Assembly (NCBI GenBank): GCA_964412955.1
Contig: CAYPQV010000001.1
Coordinates: 138,635 to 202,634 of the forward strand
DNA length: 64,000 nt
Direction: 5' to 3'
Source: an uncultured Hyphomicrobiales bacterium
GTDB lineage: Bacteria; Pseudomonadota; Alphaproteobacteria; Rhodospirillales; 2-12-FULL-67-15
Below, piece after piece: positions 22,011 to 32,691 of the stretch (positions are counted from its first letter, which is position 1; each line of letters starts with the position of its first letter). The notes under the pieces were generated by a model. That model saw only the letters and a list, made by a program, of their open reading frames with translations. It had not been told where the DNA came from and made no database searches. A program made the position numbers and the translations under genes.

Positions 22011-22631
22011 ATGGACCGACTGATCGAAGGCTACCGCCGCTTTCGCGCCCGCACCTGGGACCGCCAGCGAACCCGCTTCCAGGATCTGGCCGACGGCGGC
22101 CAACGGCCGCAAGCGCTCGTCATCGCCTGCGCGGATTCGCGGGTCGATCCGCAAATGATCTTCGACGCCGCGCCGGGCGAGCTGTTCGTGATCCGCAACG
22201 TCGCCAACCTGGTGCCCCCCTACAAGCCCGACAAGTCCCTGCACGGCACCAGCGCCGCGCTCGAGTTCGGCGTTCGCGCGCTCGCCATCCCCAAAGTGAT
22301 CGTGATCGGCCACGCCATGTGCGGAGGCATCGACGCGCTGCTCAGGGGCGCACCCAAGGAAACGCCCGATTTCGTCGAATCCTGGGTCGCACTCGCCGAT
22401 CCGGCGCGCCGCGCGGTCGACCGACTGCCCGCTTCCGAGCGCCAGCAAGCCTGCGAGCACGAAGCGATCCGCCTGTCGCTGAAAAATCTCGATACGTTTC
22501 CGTGGATTCGGGACCGGGTGGCCGCCGGCCGGCTGCGGCTCGGCGGTTATTATTTCGACATCCGTACTGGAATTCTGATGCGCCTCGGCGCCGACGGCGC
22601 GTTCGCGCCCGTACCCTCGGACGGGGATTGA
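22011..22631 (+). CDS. can: Beta-class carbonic anhydrase
   Basis: 'ALVIACADSRVDP', 'FVIRNVANLVPP' and 'VIGHAMCGGI', which carry the Zn ligands Cys-His-Cys. Confidence 0.9.
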   Translation: MDRLIEGYRRFRARTWDRQRTRFQDLADGGQRPQALVIACADSRVDPQMIFDAAPGELFVIRNVANLVPPYKPDKSLHGTSAALEFGVRALAIPKVIVIGHAMCGGIDALLRGAPKETPDFVESWVALADPARRAVDRLPASERQQACEHEAIRLSLKNLDTFPWIRDRVAAGRLRLGGYYFDIRTGILMRLGADGAFAPVPSDGD

Positions 22632-22634
22632 TCC

Positions 22635-23270
22635 TTACGATCCCGAGAGAAGATTTTCCAGCTTCTGGGTCGCCTGGGCGACGTCGACGCGCTCGACCGC
22701 CGCCAATTCGGCGGCGAGGCGGTCGCGCGCGGCTTCGTAGATCTGCCGCTCGCTGAACGACTGGTCGGGCTGGCCGACGTTGCGGTGCAGGTCGCGCACC
22801 ACCTCGGCGATGGCGACGGGATCGCCGGAATTGATCTTCGCCTCGTATTCCTGAGCGCGGCGACTCCACATGGTGCGCTTGACGCGGGCGCGCCCCTTGA
22901 GGGTGGCGAGCGCGGTTTCCATGTGCTTGCGCGGGCTCAGCTTGCGCAAGCCCGAGGTCGCGACCTTGGAGACCGGAACCTTGAGCGTCATGCGGTCGCG
23001 CTCGAAGGAAATCACGAACAGTTCCAGCTTGTGGCCGGCGATTTCCTGCGAATGAACTTCCTGAATCAGGCCGACCCCGTGGGTCGGGTAGACCACGTGG
23101 TCGCCGACCTTGAACAGGATGTCGGCCTTTTTGGCGGGCGCCTTGCCCGCGGCCTTGACCGCCGGGGCGACCGGTTTGGGCGGCGCGGACTTGGTCCGGG
23201 CCGGGGCGGTCTTGGTTTTCATTTTCGGTGCGGGTTTCGACGCCTTCGCGGGCTTTTTCTTGGTCGTCAT
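22635..23270 (-). CDS. carD: CarD/CdnL family RNA polymerase-binding regulator with a Lys/Ala/Pro-rich N-terminal extension
   Basis: 'FKVGDHVVYPTHGVGLIQEV...ELFVISFERDRMTLKVPV...MWSRRAQEYEAKINSGD'. The start is at the ATG at 23270 (MTTKKKPAKASKP...). Confidence 0.9.
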   Translation of the reverse strand: MTTKKKPAKASKPAPKMKTKTAPARTKSAPPKPVAPAVKAAGKAPAKKADILFKVGDHVVYPTHGVGLIQEVHSQEIAGHKLELFVISFERDRMTLKVPVSKVATSGLRKLSPRKHMETALATLKGRARVKRTMWSRRAQEYEAKINSGDPVAIAEVVRDLHRNVGQPDQSFSERQIYEAARDRLAAELAAVERVDVAQATQKLENLLSGS

Positions 23271-23444
23271 GGATGGAACACGTGGCGAGAAGGAAAAAGG
23301 GAGAAACGTTCGGGTCGCTCGTAAAAACAACGCCTTCCGGCGAAAAGCCGGTCGGCGTCAGCGGTGGAGGCTATCACAAATCCGGGCCGAAATACAGGGC
23401 GAGCGGAAGAATTCCGCGGACGCGGCGCGTCGACGAAAAGGGCG

Positions 23445-23780
23445 TCAAGCCTTCTTGCCCGGATTGGGGCTGAAGTACTGCGCCTTGTCCTTCTTGTCTT
23501 TCCACGCGTCCGCGTCGGCCGGCGGCGTTCCCTTGCGGGTGATGTTGGGCCACTTGGCCGAGTATTCGCGGTTGATCTCCAGCCACTTCTCGATTTCCTT
23601 TTCGGTATCGGGAACGATGGCCTCGACCGGGCATTCGGGTTCGCACACCCCGCAGTCGATGCATTCGTCGGGGTGGATGACCAGGAAGTTCTCGCCCTCG
23701 TAGAAGCAGTCGACGGGGCACACCTCGACGCAATCCTGCAATTTGCACCTGATGCAGCTTTCGGTGACGACGTACGTCAT
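23445..23780 (-). CDS. fdxA: 7Fe ferredoxin (3Fe-4S plus 4Fe-4S)
   Basis: '[29 protein letters not shown]...[20 protein letters not shown]'. Confidence 0.95.
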   Translation of the reverse strand: MTYVVTESCIRCKLQDCVEVCPVDCFYEGENFLVIHPDECIDCGVCEPECPVEAIVPDTEKEIEKWLEINREYSAKWPNITRKGTPPADADAWKDKKDKAQYFSPNPGKKA

Positions 23781-23928
23781 GCGCGGCTATCCTTCACAAA
23801 GCCCCTCCCGCAGGCGCGGGGCGCCCGGACGGCGCGTTTTGCTATCACATCCACCCGTACCGGGACAACCCCGATGGTTCGCGGAATACGCTCCGTGCAT
23901 AGGAGCATTGCCAAACAGCGGAGCCCGC

Positions 23929-24240
23929 CTATTCCTTATTCCCCGCCGGGTCATCCGGCGCGACCGGCGCGATCTCCTGGTACATGGCCGCGGCCTCGGC
24001 CGCCGGCCCCCGGCGGGTTCCCAGTCCCCGTATGCGAACGATGCGCACTCGCCCGCCGACGGCGAAGGTCAGCACGTCGCCTTCCCGGACCGTATGGCTG
24101 GCCTTGGCGATGGGCGCCGCGTTGACCCGCATGCGGCCGCCCGAACAAAAATCGGCGGCGGCCGTGCGGCTCTTGAATAATCGCGCGAACCACAGCCACT
24201 GATCGATCCGCCGCGTCGCAACGGACTTGATCCCCGCCAC
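23929..24240 (-). CDS. RNA-binding S4 domain protein (Hsp15-like)
   Basis: 'RIDQWLWFARLFKSRTAAADFCSGGRMRVN' is an S4-domain pattern. It has a GTG start 3 nt after the helicase stop. Confidence 0.8.
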   Translation of the reverse strand: MAGIKSVATRRIDQWLWFARLFKSRTAAADFCSGGRMRVNAAPIAKASHTVREGDVLTFAVGGRVRIVRIRGLGTRRGPAAEAAAMYQEIAPVAPDDPAGNKE

Positions 24241-24243
24241 GTT

Positions 24244-26811
24244 TCAGCGCCGCCGGGGCCGCGTCGGGGCGCGGGCGCTTTTTTCCAGGAACTTCTCGAG
24301 CACCGCGAAGGGAGAATCCTGGCCCCGAGCCGGACGCCTCCCGCGCGACGACGGAGGGCTTTCCCGCGCCGGGCGGCGGCGGCGGGGCCGCCACAAGGTC
24401 TTCTCGCCCTGCCCGACCCGCTCGAAACCGAGCGCGGCGAGCACGGCGGAAATTTCGCCCGGCCCGCATCCCGGCAGGTCGGGCCAATGCGCGGGGGACG
24501 CGAACGGACCTTGTTTCGCCGACGCCCAGGCGCGCGCCGCGACCCGCTCGAGAACGTCCGCGCGCACCGCGATCGGGCCGACGACGCGGAAGCCGACCGC
24601 ATCGAGAAAATCGGGCGTCACGACGGATTCGGCTTCGAGCCGCGCCCACGTTCGGTCGGACGGCGGCACCGGCGGCGGCGCAGTCAGGCCCTTCGCGGCG
24701 GCCCACAGGCGGGCGCGCAGATCGACCGCCGCCCGCTTGAGCAGCGCCGGCATGTAGACGCTCTCGCGCCCGATCACGATTCCGCGCCGTGCGAGCCAGC
24801 GGCGCTCGTCGCGGGTCAACGCTTCGATCTGCGCATCGGCGAGCCCGCGCGGCATCGAGCCGAATCCTTCCGCGAGCCGGAACACGAGCCCGCGCAACGC
24901 GCCGCCCGAGACGGCCTCGTGGGCGGCGAACAGCGGCGCGAAAACGCGCTGCGCCGCGCCCTTGGCCCACTCGACCAGGCGGCGGCGGATTCGCTCCCGC
25001 TCGCCGCCCTCGAGCAGGTCGCTCGCGATCACCGCGACCTGCGGCGTGTAGGGGGTGGCGCCCGGCGCGAGGCGCGCGACGTCGGCGCCGCGCCACAGAA
25101 TGCCGCCGCGCGCGCCGAAGGCGAAAGCGTCGTCGGCGGACTGTTCGAGCGCGCGCACGCGCGCGGCCGTTTCGCCGCGCAGCGCCCGCGTCACCGCGGC
25201 CGCGATCGCCCGTTCCGCGCCGCCCGGCCGCCGATCCGCCGCCGTTTCGGATTCTGCGACGAAGCGGAACCCTTCGAGGCGGCCGACCGGCTCCCCTTCG
25301 ACCGTGACGCGGCCGTCGCGCGCGACCGCGGCGATGAACGCGCGGCTGTCCCCGAGCCGGCTCACCAGCAGCGCGGCGCGCCGATCCACGAACCGCTGGG
25401 TCAGCCGTTCGTGCAGCGCGTCCGACAGCCGGTCCTCGACCAGGCGCGCGCGGTCCCGCCAATGGACCGGGTCGGCGAGCCATCCCGTCTGATAGGCAAC
25501 GTAGGTCCAGGTTCGGATGTTGGCGATGCGCTGGATCAGCGTTTCCATGTCGCCGTCGGTGCGGTCGATGCGGGCGATCTGGTCGGCGACCCAATCGACG
25601 GGCAAGCGCTCCTCCGGTCCGGTCAGGTGAAGAAACAGGCGCTTCAGGAAGCGCGCGTGCGCGTCGCTCATCACCTTGCGGAAGTCCGGCACCTGGCAGA
25701 CCGCCCACAGCAGCCGTACGCGTTCCTCGGAATCGGCGGCGCGCACGATGTCGGGGTCCTTGGCGAGGACGGCGAAGGCGAGTTCGTCCTGCGCCTCGCG
25801 CGCGCGCCGAAGGCCGGGCAACGGCGGCGGCAAGGTCAACCCGCGTTGCAAGGCGGCGAGCGAGGCGAAATCGAGCTCCGCGTTGCGCCAATAGAGGAAC
25901 GGCAAGGGATCGAAGCGGTGATTTTCGAGCCGTTCCACCAATTCCTCGGCGAGCGGACCGACGTCGGCGGTGGTGCCGAAGGTGCCGTCGTTCATGTGAC
26001 GGCCCGCCCGCCCGGCGGTCTGAGCCAATTCGGCCGCGCCGAGGGCGCGCCAATCGCGCCCGTCGAACTTGCTGAGCGCGGCGAACGCGACGTGATCGAT
26101 GTCCATGTTGAGGCCCATGCCGATCGCGTCGGTCGCGACCAGATAATCCACGTCGCCGGCCTGATACATGGCGACCTGCGCGTTGCGGGTGCGCGGGCTC
26201 AGGGCACCCAGCACGACCGCGGCCCCGCCCCGGGCGCGCCGCACCAGTTCGGCGATGGCGTAGACCTCGGCGGCGGAGAACGCCACCACCGCGCTGCGCG
26301 GCGCGAGCCGCGCGATCTTGCGGCTGCCGGTGTAGGCGAGCGTCGAAAACCGGCGGCGGGAGGCGATCTCGGCCCGCGGCGCAAGCCGGCGCAGCAACGG
26401 GCGGATCGTTTCCGCGCCCATGACCATGGTTTCCGAGAGCCCGCGCGCGTGCAGCAGCCGGTCGGTGAAGACGTGGCCGCGGTCGGGATCCGCGCACATC
26501 TGAATTTCGTCGATGGCGAGAAAGTCGAACGGGCGGTCGAGCGGCATCGATTCGACCGTGCAGACGAAATAGCGCGCCCCCGGCGGCACGATTTTTTCCT
26601 CGCCGGTGACCAGGGCGACCCGGCCCGACCCCTTGAGCGCGACCGCGCGGTCGTAATTTTCGCGCGCCAGCAGGCGGAGCGGAAAGCCGATGACTCCGGT
26701 CGGGTGCGCGAGCATCCGCTCGAGCGCAAGGTGCGTCTTGCCGGTGTTGGTCGGCCCCAACACCGCCGTGATCCGGCCCGCTTCGGGCCGCGCGCCTTCC
26801 GTCAACGCCAT
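24244..26811 (-). CDS. Superfamily-2 ATP-dependent helicase (Suv3-like)
   Basis: Walker A 'GPTNTGKTH' and Walker B 'AIDEIQMC', plus 'ATDAIGMGLN' and 'QTAGRAGR'. The start is chosen at MALTEG (26811). The conserved neighbourhood is helicase-S4-fdxA-carD. Confidence 0.8.
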   Translation of the reverse strand: MALTEGARPEAGRITAVLGPTNTGKTHLALERMLAHPTGVIGFPLRLLARENYDRAVALKGSGRVALVTGEEKIVPPGARYFVCTVESMPLDRPFDFLAIDEIQMCADPDRGHVFTDRLLHARGLSETMVMGAETIRPLLRRLAPRAEIASRRRFSTLAYTGSRKIARLAPRSAVVAFSAAEVYAIAELVRRARGGAAVVLGALSPRTRNAQVAMYQAGDVDYLVATDAIGMGLNMDIDHVAFAALSKFDGRDWRALGAAELAQTAGRAGRHMNDGTFGTTADVGPLAEELVERLENHRFDPLPFLYWRNAELDFASLAALQRGLTLPPPLPGLRRAREAQDELAFAVLAKDPDIVRAADSEERVRLLWAVCQVPDFRKVMSDAHARFLKRLFLHLTGPEERLPVDWVADQIARIDRTDGDMETLIQRIANIRTWTYVAYQTGWLADPVHWRDRARLVEDRLSDALHERLTQRFVDRRAALLVSRLGDSRAFIAAVARDGRVTVEGEPVGRLEGFRFVAESETAADRRPGGAERAIAAAVTRALRGETAARVRALEQSADDAFAFGARGGILWRGADVARLAPGATPYTPQVAVIASDLLEGGERERIRRRLVEWAKGAAQRVFAPLFAAHEAVSGGALRGLVFRLAEGFGSMPRGLADAQIEALTRDERRWLARRGIVIGRESVYMPALLKRAAVDLRARLWAAAKGLTAPPPVPPSDRTWARLEAESVVTPDFLDAVGFRVVGPIAVRADVLERVAARAWASAKQGPFASPAHWPDLPGCGPGEISAVLAALGFERVGQGEKTLWRPRRRRPARESPPSSRGRRPARGQDSPFAVLEKFLEKSARAPTRPRRR

Positions 26812-26895
26812 AAGCGAACCATCCGGCCCCGCGCGCGGGATGACAAGGGGACAAGAGCCCCTCCGCAAAACGGCATTGACGACGGGAACGAGGAT

Positions 26896-26930
26896 CGATT
26901 AAATAATATCGACTCGATATTATTTAATCG
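26896..26930. promoter_or_regulatory. Perfect 35-bp AT-rich palindrome (candidate operator or RNA hairpin) upstream of the P460-like gene
   Basis: CGATTAAATAATATCGA-C-TCGATATTATTTAATCG has 17-bp arms with no mismatch. Its last base overlaps the SD GGAGG (26930-26934) of the ORF that starts at 26942. Confidence 0.6.
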
Positions 26931-26941
26931 GAGGCTTCTTA

Positions 26942-27430
26942 ATGTCCCCTTCCTTTCGATTCGCCTATCCCTTAGTGCTCGCCGTCTTGCTGGCCTTCGC
27001 TGGCTCGGTCGCCGCCGACCCCCTTGTTCCCTATCCCGAGGGCTATCGTACCTGGCGACACGTCAAATCCATGGTTGTCCTCCCCGGCCATCCGCTCGCC
27101 GACCCGTTCGCGGGAATCCACCATGTGTACGGCAACGAGCCGGCCCTGCGCGGGCTCGCCACCGGAACCTATGCCGACGGCGCGGTGTTCGTGTTTGACC
27201 TGCTCGAAGGCGGCGTCAAGGACAACGCCGTCGCCGAAGGGCCGCGCAAGTTGATCGGCGTGATGCGCCGAAATGCGAAGACGTATGCCGCAACCGGCGG
27301 TTGGGGCTTCGAGGGCTTCACCGGCGACTCGCGCGACAAGCGCCTGACGTCGGACGGTGGCAAGTCGTGCTTCGCCTGCCACGAGCAGCGCAGGGATAAG
27401 GCGTTCGTGTTCACCGAAATCCGGAAATGA
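26942..27430 (+). CDS. Cytochrome P460 family protein (periplasmic mono-haem c-type)
   Basis: A signal peptide, then 'YRTWRHVKS', 'GIHHVYGNEPA', 'GGWGFEGF' and a single C-terminal haem-c motif 'CFACH'. The size (162 aa) fits the family. Confidence 0.7.
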   Translation: MSPSFRFAYPLVLAVLLAFAGSVAADPLVPYPEGYRTWRHVKSMVVLPGHPLADPFAGIHHVYGNEPALRGLATGTYADGAVFVFDLLEGGVKDNAVAEGPRKLIGVMRRNAKTYAATGGWGFEGFTGDSRDKRLTSDGGKSCFACHEQRRDKAFVFTEIRK

Positions 27431-27518
27431 GTTACGGTTGATTTCCGCTTTTCTCTTTTATTAGGTAACGTTAATGTGAATAGAAACAATACGAACGTGA
27501 ATTCCCAGGGAACCGACC

Positions 27519-28112
27519 GTGCCCCAGCAAGGAGCTTCTTCGCCCGCGCGCCGAATTACCGCGTTGCTTGAGCGCTTGTGCCGACTCGGACGCATGGAGC
27601 GGTTTCGCCGCGGCCTCAATCCCGCGCAATGCGACGCGCTCAACTACATCGCCGTCGCCAACCGCTATTCGCGCAACCCGAGCGCGTTGGCCGATTTTCT
27701 CGGCTCGACCCGGGGAACGGTGTCCCAGACCCTGATCGCCCTCGAACGCAAGGGGCTGATCGCGCGGCACTCGAATGCCCGTGACGGGCGCGGCGTGACT
27801 CTCGAATTGACCCGCGTCGGACGGACGCGGATCGAGAGCGGGGATCAGTGTCCGGTCGATCGCGCCGCGGACGCCCTTTCCAACGCCGATCAGTCGGCTC
27901 TTGCCGATCTGCTGGCGACGATGCTGGGCGCGGCGCAGCGCCAGAACAATTTCCGCACATTCGGCATGTGCGGGACCTGTGTCCATTTCCATCGTAATGG
28001 CGCCGTCGGAGCCGAGGGCGGACCGCATCGCTGCGGCCTAACCCGCGAGCCCTTGAGTGAATCCGATTCGTCGCTGATCTGCCGCGAACACACCTCGCCG
28101 CAAGCGGCCTAG
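27519..28112 (+). CDS. MarR family transcriptional regulator with a Cys/His-rich C-terminal extension
   Basis: The winged-HTH core is 'LADFLGSTRGTVSQTLIALERKGLIARHSNARDGRGVTLELT'. The tail is 'MCGTCVHFHRN...PHRCGL...LICREH' (CX2CX17CX15C). The GTG start is uncertain. Confidence 0.8.
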   Translation: MPQQGASSPARRITALLERLCRLGRMERFRRGLNPAQCDALNYIAVANRYSRNPSALADFLGSTRGTVSQTLIALERKGLIARHSNARDGRGVTLELTRVGRTRIESGDQCPVDRAADALSNADQSALADLLATMLGAAQRQNNFRTFGMCGTCVHFHRNGAVGAEGGPHRCGLTREPLSESDSSLICREHTSPQAA

Positions 28113-28127
28113 CGACGGGAACGGCCG

Positions 28128-28919
28128 TTACGGCCTCAGACGGCGGCGCTCGTCGTCTTCCTTGCCTTTCACCATCGGCACGAAGGCGACCGGCAGCTTG
28201 TTCTCGCACGCGAGCTTGCCGCCCTCGCCCTTGACGCATCGCTGCAACGATTGCGGTTCCCATTGCCGCCCGAGCGGGACCACCAGTCGCCCGCCCGGCT
28301 TCAGTTGTTCGATCAGCGTTTCGGGAATCCGTTCCGGCGCGGCGGTGACGATGATGGCGTCGAACGGCGCGGCCTCGGGCCAGCCCTTGAAGCCGTCCCC
28401 GATCCGCACATGGACGTTGCCGTATCCCAGGTCCTGCAACCGCCGTTCCGCCGCGCGGCCCAAGGCTTCGACGATCTCGACGGTGTAGACCTCGCGCGCG
28501 AGTTCCGCCAATACCGCCGCCTGGTAGCCGGAACCGGCGCCGATTTCCAGCACCCGGTCGGCCGGATCGAGATCGAGCAGTTCGGTCATCAGCGCGACGA
28601 TGAACGGCTGAGAGATGGTTTGCCCGTGCCCGATCGGGCGGGGCCGGTTGATGTAGGCGTACGGCGCGTCCGCGTCCGGCACGAAGCGGTGCCGCTCGAC
28701 TTTCGCCATCGCCGCCCATACGCGCGGCGAAAGGTCGCGACGGCCGGTCCAGGACGCGGTTTCGGCGGTATCCGACCGGATCGCGTCGAGCATCGCCTGG
28801 TGTTGCCTGGTCATCGGATGGGCCCCGGGAGCGATGGGCGGCTCGCTTTGTCCGAGCGCCGGCCGGACGGTCAACGCCGCCAGCGCCACGCCGACGAGTG
28901 TCGCACGGATCGTTTTCAT
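28128..28919 (-). CDS. pcm: Protein-L-isoaspartate O-methyltransferase with an N-terminal signal peptide
   Basis: 'RHRFVP...IGHGQTISQPFIVALMTELL...VLEIGAGSGYQAAVLA...GGRLVVP'. The N-terminus 'MKTIRATLVGVALAALTVRPALGQ' looks like a Sec signal. Confidence 0.85.
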   Translation of the reverse strand: MKTIRATLVGVALAALTVRPALGQSEPPIAPGAHPMTRQHQAMLDAIRSDTAETASWTGRRDLSPRVWAAMAKVERHRFVPDADAPYAYINRPRPIGHGQTISQPFIVALMTELLDLDPADRVLEIGAGSGYQAAVLAELAREVYTVEIVEALGRAAERRLQDLGYGNVHVRIGDGFKGWPEAAPFDAIIVTAAPERIPETLIEQLKPGGRLVVPLGRQWEPQSLQRCVKGEGGKLACENKLPVAFVPMVKGKEDDERRRLRP

Positions 28920-28989
28920 CGGAAACGGGATCGCCGTAAAGCGCCGATACTATCGCTCGGCCGATTATTCCCCGAACCGCGGGCGGCCG

Positions 28990-29736
28990 CTAGCGGCCCG
29001 AGGCCAGGCGCGCCGCGCCGAGGATTTTCCCGTTGGATTGCGACTGGACCAGCACGGCGACATCCCGGCCGCCGGACGAACCCGCCGCCGGGTCAGCCGC
29101 GCGCAGGGCGACCTCGGCGCCGTTCCAGGTGCCGACCAAATCGAAACGGCGAACGACGTTGCGGTTAACGATCGTCCGGCCCTTGTTCTCGCCGCGCGCG
29201 ATCTCGGTCTGGTGACGTTCGTCGAAAGCGACGAGCCAGACCGACGCGCTTTCGGCCGCGACGCCCGAGCCCCCCGCCGCGCCGACGCGGATCGCCAGCC
29301 CGCCGGCCTCCCGCGCGAGCCCGACGTCTAGGCCCGGCAGCGCCCGGGCGCTTTTGATCCGTTCCTCCACCTCGCCCCGTTTCGATCCCACCGTTTGAAA
29401 GGCGCCGTGGATGACCATCTGCGGCGTGTAAACGTAACGGGCGTTGAAGTGCTTCTGATACCGGCGCTGCCGTTCGGTATACGCGGCATCGGCAAACGGG
29501 TCCTTCCAGCCGATGTAATCCCAATAGTCGACGTGCAGGGACAGGGGCAACACGTCCTTCCGTTCGGCGAGCGCGCCCAGATATTCGTCGGCGGGCGGGC
29601 ACGACGAGCATCCCTGCGAGGTGAACAGCTCGACCACCGTCAGGCGCTCGCCGCCGCGCGCGTCCGCGGAAACGAACGCGGCGATCGACGCCAGCAGCGC
29701 GACCCAGGTCGCGTGAAAGGATTTTCCGTAAACCAC
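28990..29736 (-). CDS. DUF1223 domain protein (secreted, thioredoxin-like)
   Basis: 'VVELFTSQGCSSCPPAD...LSLHVDYWDYIGWKDPF...YTPQMVIHG' is the DUF1223 signature. GTG start, with a signal-like N-terminus. Confidence 0.8.
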   Translation of the reverse strand: MVYGKSFHATWVALLASIAAFVSADARGGERLTVVELFTSQGCSSCPPADEYLGALAERKDVLPLSLHVDYWDYIGWKDPFADAAYTERQRRYQKHFNARYVYTPQMVIHGAFQTVGSKRGEVEERIKSARALPGLDVGLAREAGGLAIRVGAAGGSGVAAESASVWLVAFDERHQTEIARGENKGRTIVNRNVVRRFDLVGTWNGAEVALRAADPAAGSSGGRDVAVLVQSQSNGKILGAARLASGR

Positions 29737-29795
29737 GCCGGGATCCTACCTAGTCGGCGGCCGGAGGGCGAATCACGACGCGGTGAGAACGGGCT

Positions 29796-32480
<2,685 letters not shown>

Positions 32481-32691
32481 GGATGTCTCCTTGGCGTCGG
32501 GTCGAGCCGGCGGCCGCGCGGGCCGCGCGTTTCCCGTCGGATGGGGCTTCTTTATATCATATGGCCCCGGGGCGCGCGCCCCCGCCGGGTCCCGATCCGG
32601 GGGACTTGAGCGCCTTAATCTTCTGGGTTTTACTAGGCAACAATATGAGGCGCGGCCTATAAAACAATGCGCCCCTGGGAGACTTGACGTC

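Noticed and set aside
23951-26854. 967-aa minus-strand ORF rich in Arg/Pro/Gly
   Set aside because: It is an alternative frame of the helicase gene. The frame at 24244-26811 carries the Walker A/B and helicase motifs, whereas this frame has none and is compositionally implausible.
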